32,000 nucleotides of DNA, taken from the NCBI GenBank assembly GCA_021498095.1, contig JAIZWK010000001.1:990001-1022000 (forward strand), in the 5' to 3' direction. This document shows positions 16,866-26,786 of this stretch, piece after piece (position 1 is the first letter of the stretch; each line of letters starts with the position of its first letter). The DNA is from Candidatus Harpocratesius repetitus (GTDB lineage: Archaea > Asgardarchaeota > Lokiarchaeia > Sigyniarchaeales > Promethearchaeaceae). Below the pieces are notes generated by a model. That model worked only from the letters and a program-made list of their open reading frames with translations, was not told the origin of the DNA and did not search any database. The position numbers and the translations under genes were made by a program.

Positions 16866-17680
16866 GTGCGACAGAGTTAAGCTTAGTGGCAAAATTTCAT
16901 ATAATTGGACCGTCTTTTCAGGGGACGCGTGGGACTCATGGCGACTTCAGTTCCAATGATTGGGGCTCGAAAGCATCCATGAGAATGTACCGAAACCATC
17001 AACTCTCGATTGGTGTAGGGCTACCCAGTAAAATTCCATGGCGAATTAGCATGAACTCATGATTGAAGCTTCGTGAATTATACGCTACGAAAGGAGAGTT
17101 GATGTCTATTAGACGACGCAGCCGGACCAAACAGGCAAAAGCGTTAGGAACACATGGTGGAAAATCGTGTGTAACACCTGAACAAATAACGCTCGGAGTA
17201 AAGCGAGCGCCTACCGAATTTGTTATACGTTTACCATTAAGAACTCTGGAAACCTTCATCCCTGCTTGTGGCGAGATGAAGGGTGAGATTGGGAAAAAGC
17301 GAATGCCCCGAGTAATGTTGGGGATAGACCTATTGGTCAATCCGAAAGGATGCCCACTTCTCATGGCTCTACTTGAATTGGACGTATAGGAGACTTCTCC
17401 ATGACCGACATTTGCGAGACGAATCAACCCGTGCAAGGTAGTCAACACCACCAGCATGCCGATATTACATGGATTTTCATGAATCGTGAAGCTGCAAAAC
17501 GTGGTGTGAAGAAGCTCTAACAACAGATATTTCAAGCAACTCGTGATAAAAACTTCCATACGGCTCGCCGACTTAAGAAGCTCTTATTTAAATCATTAAA
17601 TGCAAGATTTCTTGCCGTCCTTACAGTTACGTCCAACCAAGGTCGGTATACTCCAGGTGTTGATGGAATTATTCTTAGCA
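16866..17680 (+). mobile_element. 5'-portion of a group II intron (ribozyme domains I-III and start of domain IV), 3'-truncated
   Basis: Starts with the canonical GTGCG exactly where the DNA becomes GC-richer. Hairpins: CGCTCG/CGAGCG 17190-17209, CCTTCATC/GATGAAGG 17253-17282, GACC-TATT-GGTC 17327-17338, TCC-GAAA-GGA 17341-17350. An RT N-terminus follows. No domain V was seen. The 3' boundary is approximate. Confidence 0.85.
17401..17680 (+). pseudogene. Group II intron-encoded RT/maturase, N-terminal (RVT_N/RT0) fragment
   Basis: AGGAG then ATG at 17401: ...ITWIFMNREAAKRGVKKL*QQIFQATRDKNFHTARRLKKLLFKSLNARFLAVLTVTSNQGRYTPGVDG. This matches the RVT_N pattern (KLQxRIF...ARRLQxLL...AVxxVT...TPGVDG). 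TAA at 17518-17520 stands where Gln is expected. Confidence 0.9.
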
Positions 17681-17870
17681 ATTACATCTTTTTCTTTTTT
17701 TTTAATAATTATTAAAAAATTCTATAAATGGATTCAAAATATTATATTTATTTATCGGTCTTAATTTTTTTAACTATTTTTTTTTTCAAATAAGATGGAT
17801 TTCTTTTATAATTGACTTTATTGGATATATAATTATATCTTTTGCTGGATTTCATATTTTTGGTATATTT

Positions 17871-18386
17871 ATGAATGAAAAATTAGAACAAAAAAAAAGA
17901 ATGAAAATATTAAACTTAAAATATATGATGACTTTTTTAATATTTGCAATTATATCTGATATTTTCATTCCATCTGTAAGATTTGGCATAAATATTTCAT
18001 ACGTTCTTTTATCATTGTCTACAAATATCTTCTTTTTAACAATGCTTTTTTCTTTTTATGAATTAGGTTATGAAAATAGGTTTGTTGAAGAGATTGGAAA
18101 AAATACATTGATTTTATTTATTTTTTCTATATTATTTGATAAATATATAACCATAATTTGGAAAGACTTAAATTTCCTTCAAATGAACAAAGATCCAAAA
18201 TTGTATTACAAAAATTTATTACCCGCTTTTCAAATCTTAATCGTATTAGTGCTAAAAATTGTATTGCTATTGATTATTTTTTATTTATCACAAAAATTTC
18301 CAGTCTTAACTAAAAAGATCAAGAAAAGAATCCAAAATGAAAATCAGAATATTACTACGCTTTCGCAATCAAAAGTATCCTTATAA
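17871..18386 (+). CDS. Hypothetical integral membrane protein (~4 TM)
   Basis: 171-aa ORF with four hydrophobic segments; it overlaps the permease start by 50 nt. Confidence 0.6.
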   Translation: MNEKLEQKKRMKILNLKYMMTFLIFAIISDIFIPSVRFGINISYVLLSLSTNIFFLTMLFSFYELGYENRFVEEIGKNTLILFIFSILFDKYITIIWKDLNFLQMNKDPKLYYKNLLPAFQILIVLVLKIVLLLIIFYLSQKFPVLTKKIKKRIQNENQNITTLSQSKVSL

Positions 18387-21063
18387 AAAGTCAATTATTG
18401 TGTTATCAATTTTAGTCAGCATTATTATTGGTGCGTATTCGGGATTTTCTTCATTAATGGAAAATGAAATGGGAGAAATTTCAGCTGATTTTGGTCCACA
18501 CTATTCTATTTTTGATATGGATTTACAAGAAGTCAATTCCATTCAATCTGGAAGAATAATTCAAGAATATGATTATCTTCTTGACTCATTTTCTCCCATC
18601 ATTCATACTTCGGTGAACACCTCTCATGATGGATTAAGTTTTAATAGAACTTATATAAAAGGACTCGACTTTAATTATTTTCAAACAATCAATTATTGGT
18701 ACAATATTGAATATGCCGAGAGTATTACAAAAAATAATCTACCATCAAATTGGGTAATTTTAAGTGAATATACCGCAGATATAAACAATGTATCGAATGG
18801 GGAAGATTTTAATTTAGAAATATTAGGAAGTAATACAAACATTACACAAATAGAATCGTTTCATGTGATTGGTATTATTAAAAATTTTACAAATAATCTT
18901 GAAAGAGTGCTTAAATTTCCTGGAATGTTCGGAACATACGAGTTCATTCAGAAAGGATCAATTTCTTTAACTTTTCGGCCATCCGCGCAGATAAATTTCA
19001 TGATTGGTAATTTTTCTAAATTCACAGATTTATTTGGTTCCCTTTCATCTACATCTTATTCTTTCCATTTTAATTTCAAATTTGATGCAAATTTAAATAC
19101 TTTAGACATGCAAAAAAGCAATATTGATCGTTTCCAACAGGTTCTTGAGATGAACTTAAATCCCCTTAAAAATCATTATATTAAAGCTGATTTTTACGAT
19201 TTTCTGGAAAAGACTATTATAAATAGAAATGTATTGATTAACAATATGCTTGAAGTGAGCATTCCCTTGATTTTAATTGCTGCAATTATTGTTGGAATCG
19301 ATTTTCTTAATCAGAGAAAAAATTCTATTGCTATTGAAGAATTGAAGCAATATTTGGGGTTTTCAAGGTTAAATAATACTGCAGAAATTCTAATTAATGC
19401 ATTTATTTCCCTTATAATCATTTTTATCTTAAGTATAATTTTTTCATTTATTACAACGGGAATATCGGGTTTTTTCTTAGTTCAAATTTTGATTTTACCT
19501 CGAATCTTACCTGTTAACGATATATTATGGATCGCTTTACTGATTTTTTGCTATCTCGTTTCTTTGGAATTCTTTGTTCTTTTTATCCGAAATTCTTCTT
19601 TAAAAAAGAATAGGAAATTATCCTTGTTTATCAATTTACTCTTATTTTTATTTATCATTTTATCAATTATTTTACCCTTAACAAGGAATTTTCAGCAAAA
19701 TTCAGAAATTATTTTTATTAATTCTTTTAAAACAACGATTTTATTTAGTTCTATTTTTTTATCTGCTTTTATTATTCCAGTGGGCTATAATATATTTGGG
19801 CTTTTATTTCAAGAAAGCCGAAATTTTCAATTTTCTAATAAACTTGGAAAATGGATTTCAGAAAAATTAAATCTGAGATACTTGAAATATAAAATAAGTT
19901 ATTTTCGAGAAAACTATAATAATTTTTATATTTCTATTATAACAATTGCCTTTATCAGCAGTTTCTTTTATAATAGTATCTTAATCTCCACTAATCTTCA
20001 ATACTTTTTAAATTTTGCCCAAACCTTCGATTTTGCTGGTGAATATCGAATTGAAAATGATATTGATTTAACGTTAGAGAATTCTATCCCTCTTGAAATT
20101 TCGGATAATTTTCAGCAAAATTTACGAAATATTACAGAAATTGAGTTATTTTCCCCGAATTTTCATAATTATGAATCTGTTTTTATTTATGTCATAGATC
20201 CTAGTGAATGGGAAGATTTGAGAGAAAATAGTGATACATCATATTATTGGAATATTATTCAAAGTCTTCAGAATTCAGATAGTGATGTAATTGCATCTGA
20301 AAAATTATTTCATGATATTGAATTACAAGAGAAGGATACTTTGGATCTTACTGTCACTGATAATAAGACTGTTACTTTCAATATGGGTGAACATTTAAAT
20401 TTATTTCCTGGAATAAATATTGTCAATTCCTATTCAATTATCATGAGTTATTCACAATTTTCTGAAATTAAAACGGACATTATGCGATTCACCCAGGTTT
20501 TAATTTTCCACGATTGTTCTCCCCAATTAGAAGAATATTTAGAAAAAATTGCACGTGAAAATATCCAAAATTACTCGTTTACTTTTATATCATTCCAAGA
20601 TATTGTGAATAATTCATTCAATCCTCTTCTATCTATTTCAAACTTCTTTATTAGATTAAAAATTCAATATTTAATTGGAATTTATTCTGTTACATTTCTG
20701 TTTGTATTATTTTTTATTGATTTGAGGATTGTTATTGAAAAAAATAAACGTGTCTATAGAAAATTTGTTCAAAAAGGTTTTTCTCTTAAAATAATTCAAA
20801 AATTCGATCTTTTTGCCTTTAGTTCATCGATACTTTTGGGTTTAATATTAGGCTTATTAGGTATCTTAGTATTTTATTCTCAATATGTAATTCAACAAAA
20901 ATCAAGTTTTTATTACTTAAATTCTTTAAATCTTACTTTTTTCAATTTTCCATGGCAAATTTTTGGAATATGTTTTGTTTCACTTGCATTCCTTATTTTT
21001 TTGGTAATTTACTTGATGATAAAATTCAACATATCAAAGAAAATATTCAAGAATGGCGATTGA
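18337..21063 (+). CDS. FtsX/MacB-like ABC transporter permease (two-repeat architecture)
   Basis: TM, large extracellular domain, then a TM cluster, repeated twice; lies directly upstream of a LolD-like ATPase. Confidence 0.75.
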   Translation: MKIRILLRFRNQKYPYKKSIIVLSILVSIIIGAYSGFSSLMENEMGEISADFGPHYSIFDMDLQEVNSIQSGRIIQEYDYLLDSFSPIIHTSVNTSHDGLSFNRTYIKGLDFNYFQTINYWYNIEYAESITKNNLPSNWVILSEYTADINNVSNGEDFNLEILGSNTNITQIESFHVIGIIKNFTNNLERVLKFPGMFGTYEFIQKGSISLTFRPSAQINFMIGNFSKFTDLFGSLSSTSYSFHFNFKFDANLNTLDMQKSNIDRFQQVLEMNLNPLKNHYIKADFYDFLEKTIINRNVLINNMLEVSIPLILIAAIIVGIDFLNQRKNSIAIEELKQYLGFSRLNNTAEILINAFISLIIIFILSIIFSFITTGISGFFLVQILILPRILPVNDILWIALLIFCYLVSLEFFVLFIRNSSLKKNRKLSLFINLLLFLFIILSIILPLTRNFQQNSEIIFINSFKTTILFSSIFLSAFIIPVGYNIFGLLFQESRNFQFSNKLGKWISEKLNLRYLKYKISYFRENYNNFYISIITIAFISSFFYNSILISTNLQYFLNFAQTFDFAGEYRIENDIDLTLENSIPLEISDNFQQNLRNITEIELFSPNFHNYESVFIYVIDPSEWEDLRENSDTSYYWNIIQSLQNSDSDVIASEKLFHDIELQEKDTLDLTVTDNKTVTFNMGEHLNLFPGINIVNSYSIIMSYSQFSEIKTDIMRFTQVLIFHDCSPQLEEYLEKIARENIQNYSFTFISFQDIVNNSFNPLLSISNFFIRLKIQYLIGIYSVTFLFVLFFIDLRIVIEKNKRVYRKFVQKGFSLKIIQKFDLFAFSSSILLGLILGLLGILVFYSQYVIQQKSSFYYLNSLNLTFFNFPWQIFGICFVSLAFLIFLVIYLMIKFNISKKIFKNGD

Positions 21064-21065
21064 TA

Positions 21066-21926
21066 ATGAATGGCCTGCAAATAAAAAATGTCTTTTTCAT
21101 TTATAAAACCAAATATATTGACGTTGTTGCCTTAAAAGGTGTAAATATGACACTTTCCCCTGGAGAAATTACAGTCATCATGGGACCTTCGGGTAGTGGA
21201 AAAACCACCTTATTAAATTTACTAAATGGAGAAATAAGACCTTCTTCTGGGCAGATAATATATAATGATCAAATTTATGAAAATTTTTCCTTTAGGGATA
21301 TTCAGAATTTTCGAAAAACTAAAATTGGATACATGAGACAGAAAGAAAATTTATTTAATTTCTTGACAATTAATGATAATTTCCAATTAATCGCTGATTT
21401 AATTCATCGAAAGATTTCGAAGGAAGAAATAATTGAGCATTTACAAAAATTTGATCTGGGAGAAAAAATCAATGTATTTCCTGATCAATTAAGCCAAGGA
21501 CAACAGCAAAAAATTGCATTCCTTTCAATCTTAATAAAAAAACCTGAAATTATATTATTTGATGAACCCACAGGGAATTTAGATGCAGAATCAAGAGATG
21601 ATTTTATTAGAATGATTGAAAATTATAAAGAACAGGATAATGATACAATATTTGTAATAGTGACTCATGATCCTGCATTTATTGCGATCGCAGATCGAGT
21701 TTATTTTCTGAAAAATGGAAAAGTTGATACACATCTTGATAAAGCTGAAATTATTATGAATAAAACTATAAATCTTGAAAAAAATATTCCTAATTTTGGT
21801 GTAAATGCCTTTAATTTAACGATATCAAAAGAAGATTTATCTAGAATCGAAACTTCAATAGAAGTTATCCAAAATTTCCTTAGAAAACTTGAAAAAAAAC
21901 ATATGAAAAACCCAGAATCTACTTAA
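21066..21926 (+). CDS. ABC transporter ATP-binding protein (LolD/MacB-like)
   Basis: VVALKGVNM, GPSGSGKT, LSQGQQQK, ILFDEPTGNLD, VTHD. The ATG at 21066 (2 nt after the permease stop) is preferred over the track start at 20952. Confidence 0.92.
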   Translation: MNGLQIKNVFFIYKTKYIDVVALKGVNMTLSPGEITVIMGPSGSGKTTLLNLLNGEIRPSSGQIIYNDQIYENFSFRDIQNFRKTKIGYMRQKENLFNFLTINDNFQLIADLIHRKISKEEIIEHLQKFDLGEKINVFPDQLSQGQQQKIAFLSILIKKPEIILFDEPTGNLDAESRDDFIRMIENYKEQDNDTIFVIVTHDPAFIAIADRVYFLKNGKVDTHLDKAEIIMNKTINLEKNIPNFGVNAFNLTISKEDLSRIETSIEVIQNFLRKLEKKHMKNPEST

Positions 21927-21957
21927 AATCACAAACATATTCACTTACATAAGAATA

Positions 21958-22980
21958 ATGACTACTATTATCACTCATTTAGATGCAGATGGAGTGTGTT
22001 CTGCTTCCTTAGTTCGAATGGTTAAAGAATTTCACAATAGTTACGTTTATTTCAGCCATCCTGCTGGTTTACTTCATGATTTACGCGTTATTCCAAAAGA
22101 TGATTTAATTATATGTGATATTGCCTTAGATCAGCGTAGTTATCTTGAAATTTTTCAGATTTTTGAAGAATTCACAAAAGAATATTCGATAATTTATATT
22201 GATCATCATGCCCAACCAGAAGGTATGCCAAATAAAGTGATAAATGTGCATGATCCCAATGTTTCGGCCACTGAGTTAACATATCGTTATTTTTATCATC
22301 AATTACCAAAGAGAGCAGATTTCATTGCCTTGCTTGGTTCAATTTGTGATTACTTAGATGATAGTCCTTTAATGCAACGTTTGATGCATCATTATGAGCG
22401 GCGTACACTCTTTTTAGATGCAGGTTTACTTGCCCAAGGCTTAAAGAAATACGGGAAGAAAGCCCATTATGAAAAATTGCGTGATTTAATTAAAGCGTTT
22501 AGTCATGGAAAATCTCCATGCGATATTCCAGAATTAACTCAAGCAGCAATTAATGCAACAAAGTCGGATAATTCTAAGCGTTCTTTAATTCTTTCACTCT
22601 ATCACACCGAAAAAAACATTGCTTGGATTCAAGATCCTCCTTCCATGTCGTATTCTAAGATCGCTCACTGGATCATGGGTGATTCTGGAAAGCATCTTGG
22701 ATTAGCCATTCGGACATTGAATTCAAAACGATTATTGGTGGATATCACCATAAGGGGTTGGCGGAAAATAGATCTGCGAAAGTTTATTCCTGAAATAGCA
22801 ATGAAATTGGGAGGAAGTGCCGGTGGGCATGCAAATGCCGTAGGTGTGCGACTTCCTCAGAAGAAATGTCAACTTTTCTTGAGAATGTTGGATAATCATC
22901 CCATTTTTTCAACATTGGAACCAATTGCCCAAATAGATGATTTAATACCCCTTTCTTTCTCTAATAATTTAATCATGTGA
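21958..22980 (+). CDS. DHH/DHHA1 family phosphoesterase (RecJ/NrnA-like)
   Basis: HLDADG, CDIA, IDHH, SATEL and the C-terminal GGHANAVG. Confidence 0.9.
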   Translation: MTTIITHLDADGVCSASLVRMVKEFHNSYVYFSHPAGLLHDLRVIPKDDLIICDIALDQRSYLEIFQIFEEFTKEYSIIYIDHHAQPEGMPNKVINVHDPNVSATELTYRYFYHQLPKRADFIALLGSICDYLDDSPLMQRLMHHYERRTLFLDAGLLAQGLKKYGKKAHYEKLRDLIKAFSHGKSPCDIPELTQAAINATKSDNSKRSLILSLYHTEKNIAWIQDPPSMSYSKIAHWIMGDSGKHLGLAIRTLNSKRLLVDITIRGWRKIDLRKFIPEIAMKLGGSAGGHANAVGVRLPQKKCQLFLRMLDNHPIFSTLEPIAQIDDLIPLSFSNNLIM

Positions 22981-23207
22981 TTAATATCAACTTAAGATTA
23001 CTGCAGCGAGAATTTTGTTATAGATAAAGATGAAAAAAAATTACCAGAGCTCGATATACGGAAAATTAGAAAATTAGGTAATTAAGTGAAGATCTAATAT
23101 TGCGTGAACTACTTTTTTTGAATTCATATCTTCTATTTGAAAAGAATTTATTAAGTATTAGATTAAATGATAACAAGTAATCGGGAAATTAATCTTCGTG
23201 ATGCTTT

Positions 23208-24332
23208 ATGAGTAACACATCTATCAGTAAAGTATTCTTCATCGGTCTTCAAACTAAAGAAAATGAAGATCAAATGCGTTTAAAGATTCAACGCCTCTTT
23301 GATCATGCAGAATTTGCCTCCTTTTTAGAAAAAGGTGATTTAACTGCTGTAAAAGTACATTTCGGTGAACGCGGAAATTCCACTTTTATTCCCCCGTGGT
23401 TTATACGCGCTATCGTGAAAAAAATTCGTGAAACAGGTGCAAATCCCTTTATAACAGACACAAATACTCTCTACCGTGGAAAGCGCCGTAATGCGGTTGA
23501 TCATATTCAAACCGCTATTCTTCATGGATTCACTTTTGCCACAGCTGATGCACCTGTAATCATTGCTGATGGTTTGACAGGTAAAAATTATGTAGATATA
23601 CCTATTAATCAAAAACATTTCAAAACAGTGAAAATCGGTGCAGATTTAGTTCATGCAGATGCAGTAATCGTTTCATCTCATTTTAAAGGACACATGATGG
23701 CAGGATTTGGTGGTGCTATTAAGAATATTGGGATGGGTTGTGCCAGCGTTCAAGGAAAGAAGGAACAGCATAATGTTCGACCCCATTTACCTGAACCAGA
23801 AAAGTGTCAAGGGTGTGGCATCTGTAAAACTCACTGCCCAGCTGATGCAATTGAAATTATTGATGGAAAATACACCGTGAATGAGGAATTATGTGTTGGA
23901 TGTGGGGATTGCATTCGATACTGCCCAGAAAAAGCATTAGAATTCAATTGGGAAAGTGATCTTTCTGATTTCACTGAAAAAATGACTGAATATGCATATG
24001 GATTTTGGAAAATTCATCAAAATAAGATTGGTTTTATTAATTTTGTTTTAAATGTAACTCCAGAATGTGATTGTTATAATCTTTCAGAAATTCCTATCGT
24101 ACAAGATATTGGAATTTTAGCTTCTAACGATCCAGTTGCATTGGACAAAGCATGTTATGATTTAGTCAATCAACAGCCTGGAAATCGCGCTTCACGAATG
24201 GAAAATAATTTTAATCCAGGAGAAGATAAATTTCTCGGAGTTCATAAGGAGACTAAAGGAAATATTCAATTTTTATATGGTGAGCAGCTTGGTATGGGGA
24301 CAACCCACTACGAGTTAATAGAAATTAAGTAA
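23208..24332 (+). CDS. DUF362 domain protein with a 2x[4Fe-4S] ferredoxin insert
   Basis: VKVHFGE, TDTNTLYRG, HFKGH...GFGGAIKNIGMG, plus CQGCGICKTHCP and CVGCGDCIRYCP. Confidence 0.9.
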   Translation: MSNTSISKVFFIGLQTKENEDQMRLKIQRLFDHAEFASFLEKGDLTAVKVHFGERGNSTFIPPWFIRAIVKKIRETGANPFITDTNTLYRGKRRNAVDHIQTAILHGFTFATADAPVIIADGLTGKNYVDIPINQKHFKTVKIGADLVHADAVIVSSHFKGHMMAGFGGAIKNIGMGCASVQGKKEQHNVRPHLPEPEKCQGCGICKTHCPADAIEIIDGKYTVNEELCVGCGDCIRYCPEKALEFNWESDLSDFTEKMTEYAYGFWKIHQNKIGFINFVLNVTPECDCYNLSEIPIVQDIGILASNDPVALDKACYDLVNQQPGNRASRMENNFNPGEDKFLGVHKETKGNIQFLYGEQLGMGTTHYELIEIK

Positions 24333-24750
24333 TTTTTATAGTTTGAAAAAAATATTGAATTTCCATACAGTATTGATAAGATGATAATTCTTAAAATCAC
24401 TTTAATCTTTATCAAATATCTCATCTAATTATAATTATTCCAAATTTTTTCCCATTCAAAGTCATCAAATCCCTAACAAATCAGTAAAATTATAAATCAA
24501 ATGAGAGAACAACAGTTAGCACTTATATTTTCTTAATTACAAATCTCCCCCAACTTACTATCACTTTTATCAATTAAATATCTTTACTAGAATGGCTGTG
24601 TGAAGTGCGTAGTTCTTTTTAAATATATGTCGCGCATTTAGTTGATTGAATATTGCTAATTAATCTGAAATTTTATCTGAAATAAAAAATTTTACAGTAA
24701 AAAAAAGTTCAATAGATCAAGTTCTTTTGAAAGATAATCGAAATGATTTA

Positions 24751-26685
24751 TTATTGATCAAGTGTACTCTTTTTTTTTCTTTTTAATGTATCAAATTGAG
24801 CAAAAAATTCAACACTCTCTCCTTGACCTTGAAATACAACATTATAAGGTAGATTTTTTAAAAGATGGATCATTGCATGGTTCTTCATTAAAACATCACC
24901 AGTTAATCCCAAAAAGCCCTTTTCTTGAGCAATTTCACATAATTTTAAGAGTATAAATTTCCCAATACCTAAATTGCGATATTCTTGGTCAACTGTTAAA
25001 CCAATTTCAACGAAACCCGTATCTTTCTGTAAATAATATTCACCCATGGCAATAATATTCTTTTCTTCAATATTTCCCACGATTCCGACTATTACATACG
25101 AATTTTGGTAGTCACAGATTATCCGTGATTGTGTTAATGGATGATCGAATTTGCGAATAAATGTGAAAAATCTGGAAATTCTATCTTCTGGACTTAATCT
25201 ATAATAAAGATCTTGTATCTCCCGTTCATCTGTAGGCTGGACTGCTCGAAAATGAATAGTTGGTCCATTTTTAGGCGTATAATTCCAGATTTTATCTGGA
25301 TAAATAACTACCACACCATCTTTTGTGGTGGGAATTTGTTGATCTTTATAAATTTTATTCATAGCTTTAGCTTGATCTAATAAATCTTGCCGATATTTAG
25401 GATGGGCAATCCCTATCATCTGTAATATTCGTTCTCGAATTGTTTTTCCTCGTAAATATGCAATACCATATTCAGTTATAACATAATGAACATCGATTGC
25501 TCGTAAACTGACAGGTTCAAAATTTAGAAGTGGCAATATGCGCGATTTGCCTGATTTGGTGGTACTTGGCAAAGCAATGATACATTTTCCTCTTTCTGCT
25601 AAATTAGTACCTATCATGAAATCTGATTCGCCTCCAGTACCTTCAAATACTGTTGATTTTAAATCATTAGTTGCTTGTCCTAAGAGATCAACCTTTAGGG
25701 CACTGTAAATTGAACACATCTTGGTATTTCGAGCGATTCTTGTAATATTTACAATAAATTCTGTGGGATGAAATTGAATAAAGGGATTATTCGCAAGAAA
25801 ACGGTAAAATCGATTTGATCCTATAGCTAAAGTGGTCATAATCGTTGGATAGTAATTTTTTCTGCAGGTAATTACATCATTTTCAATAAGAGTCATTAAA
25901 GATTCGGGAAGCATTTCGCTGTAAACGGCTAAATTCTTTTTATTTAGAAGATATTTGGGTAAATGATTACAAATTTTCCCGATTCCAATGTTTAATGTGG
26001 TTCCATTCTCTATTAATTGTGCCACGTATTGAGCAATTTTATCGTTCGTTTCTGATTGTTCTTTTGTTTCTCCTTGGTTTGTCATCTGATTTGAGTCATA
26101 TTCTAATAAGGGGGCATCATGATAGCAAAAATAATCAATTTGATCAAATCGAATAAAGGAATTTCCCATGGTTCTAGGCATTTGGGGATTTATTTGACAA
26201 ATCACAATTCGGGCGATTTCAACCATAGTCTTATTAATATCTACATTAATACCCAAAGAACAATATCCATTTTCATCTGGAGGTGATATCTGTAAAAGAG
26301 CCACATCAATATAGATTCTTTGTCTTTTTCCCCGCAGCATTTTTGGAATCTCGGAAGAACTTATCGGTGTAAAATCACTATGGCCGCGATTTATCGCATC
26401 TCGAAGTTTTTTTGAACCTACAATTGATAATGTATTGTGACGGAATGAAGTTGGTTTCAATTCATTGAAAAATTCACGATTTGATACAGAAAAAAAATGC
26501 AGTATTTCACAATCCGACCAACGATATGTATCTTTAGCTAATTCATCAGTAAGATAAACAGGTTCTGAACATCCAGATCCGAAAAAGATACGAGATCCCG
26601 GTTGAATTATCTGTTCCAAATCACTAGGTGAAATTTCTTTGTCTTTATAATTCGTTCTCCAATTTTCCAGATCAAAATGCACCAT
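24751..26685 (-). CDS. Acetyl-CoA hydrolase/CoA-transferase fused to a C-terminal GNAT domain
   Basis: DVALLQISPPDENGYCSLG, TLNIGIG, YSEM (putative catalytic Glu), GTGGESDF, VITEYGIAYLRGKT; then GNAT motif A VDQEYRNLGIG. Confidence 0.9.
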   Translation of the reverse strand: MVHFDLENWRTNYKDKEISPSDLEQIIQPGSRIFFGSGCSEPVYLTDELAKDTYRWSDCEILHFFSVSNREFFNELKPTSFRHNTLSIVGSKKLRDAINRGHSDFTPISSSEIPKMLRGKRQRIYIDVALLQISPPDENGYCSLGINVDINKTMVEIARIVICQINPQMPRTMGNSFIRFDQIDYFCYHDAPLLEYDSNQMTNQGETKEQSETNDKIAQYVAQLIENGTTLNIGIGKICNHLPKYLLNKKNLAVYSEMLPESLMTLIENDVITCRKNYYPTIMTTLAIGSNRFYRFLANNPFIQFHPTEFIVNITRIARNTKMCSIYSALKVDLLGQATNDLKSTVFEGTGGESDFMIGTNLAERGKCIIALPSTTKSGKSRILPLLNFEPVSLRAIDVHYVITEYGIAYLRGKTIRERILQMIGIAHPKYRQDLLDQAKAMNKIYKDQQIPTTKDGVVVIYPDKIWNYTPKNGPTIHFRAVQPTDEREIQDLYYRLSPEDRISRFFTFIRKFDHPLTQSRIICDYQNSYVIVGIVGNIEEKNIIAMGEYYLQKDTGFVEIGLTVDQEYRNLGIGKFILLKLCEIAQEKGFLGLTGDVLMKNHAMIHLLKNLPYNVVFQGQGESVEFFAQFDTLKRKKKSTLDQ

Positions 26686-26786
26686 AAGAAGATCACTTTA
26701 TTATAATACAGTGTAATCTGTAATCAATTACTATAAAAAATTTAGTAAAGAGAATTTTATACTGTTGAAGGAAAAATGATAAATTA

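Noticed and set aside
16866-17400. rRNA, tRNA, RNase P or SRP RNA as the explanation for the GC-rich structured stretch
   Set aside because: No rRNA or tRNA signature was recognised, whereas the GTGCG start plus the downstream RT fragment fit a group II intron.
16805-17559. Track ORFs 16805..17062, 17063..17389 and 16999..17559 as real genes
   Set aside because: They have no recognisable motifs and lie over the intron RNA, where higher GC lowers stop frequency. The true coding remnant starts at 17401.
20952-21065. N-terminal extension of the ABC ATPase given by the ORF track
   Set aside because: It overlaps the permease 3' end by over 100 nt; homology begins at the ATG at 21066.
24590-24645. 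Possible intron domain V or small RNA in the intergenic region
   Set aside because: No catalytic-triad domain V hairpin or convincing stem could be formed, and it lies 7 kb from the intron fragment.
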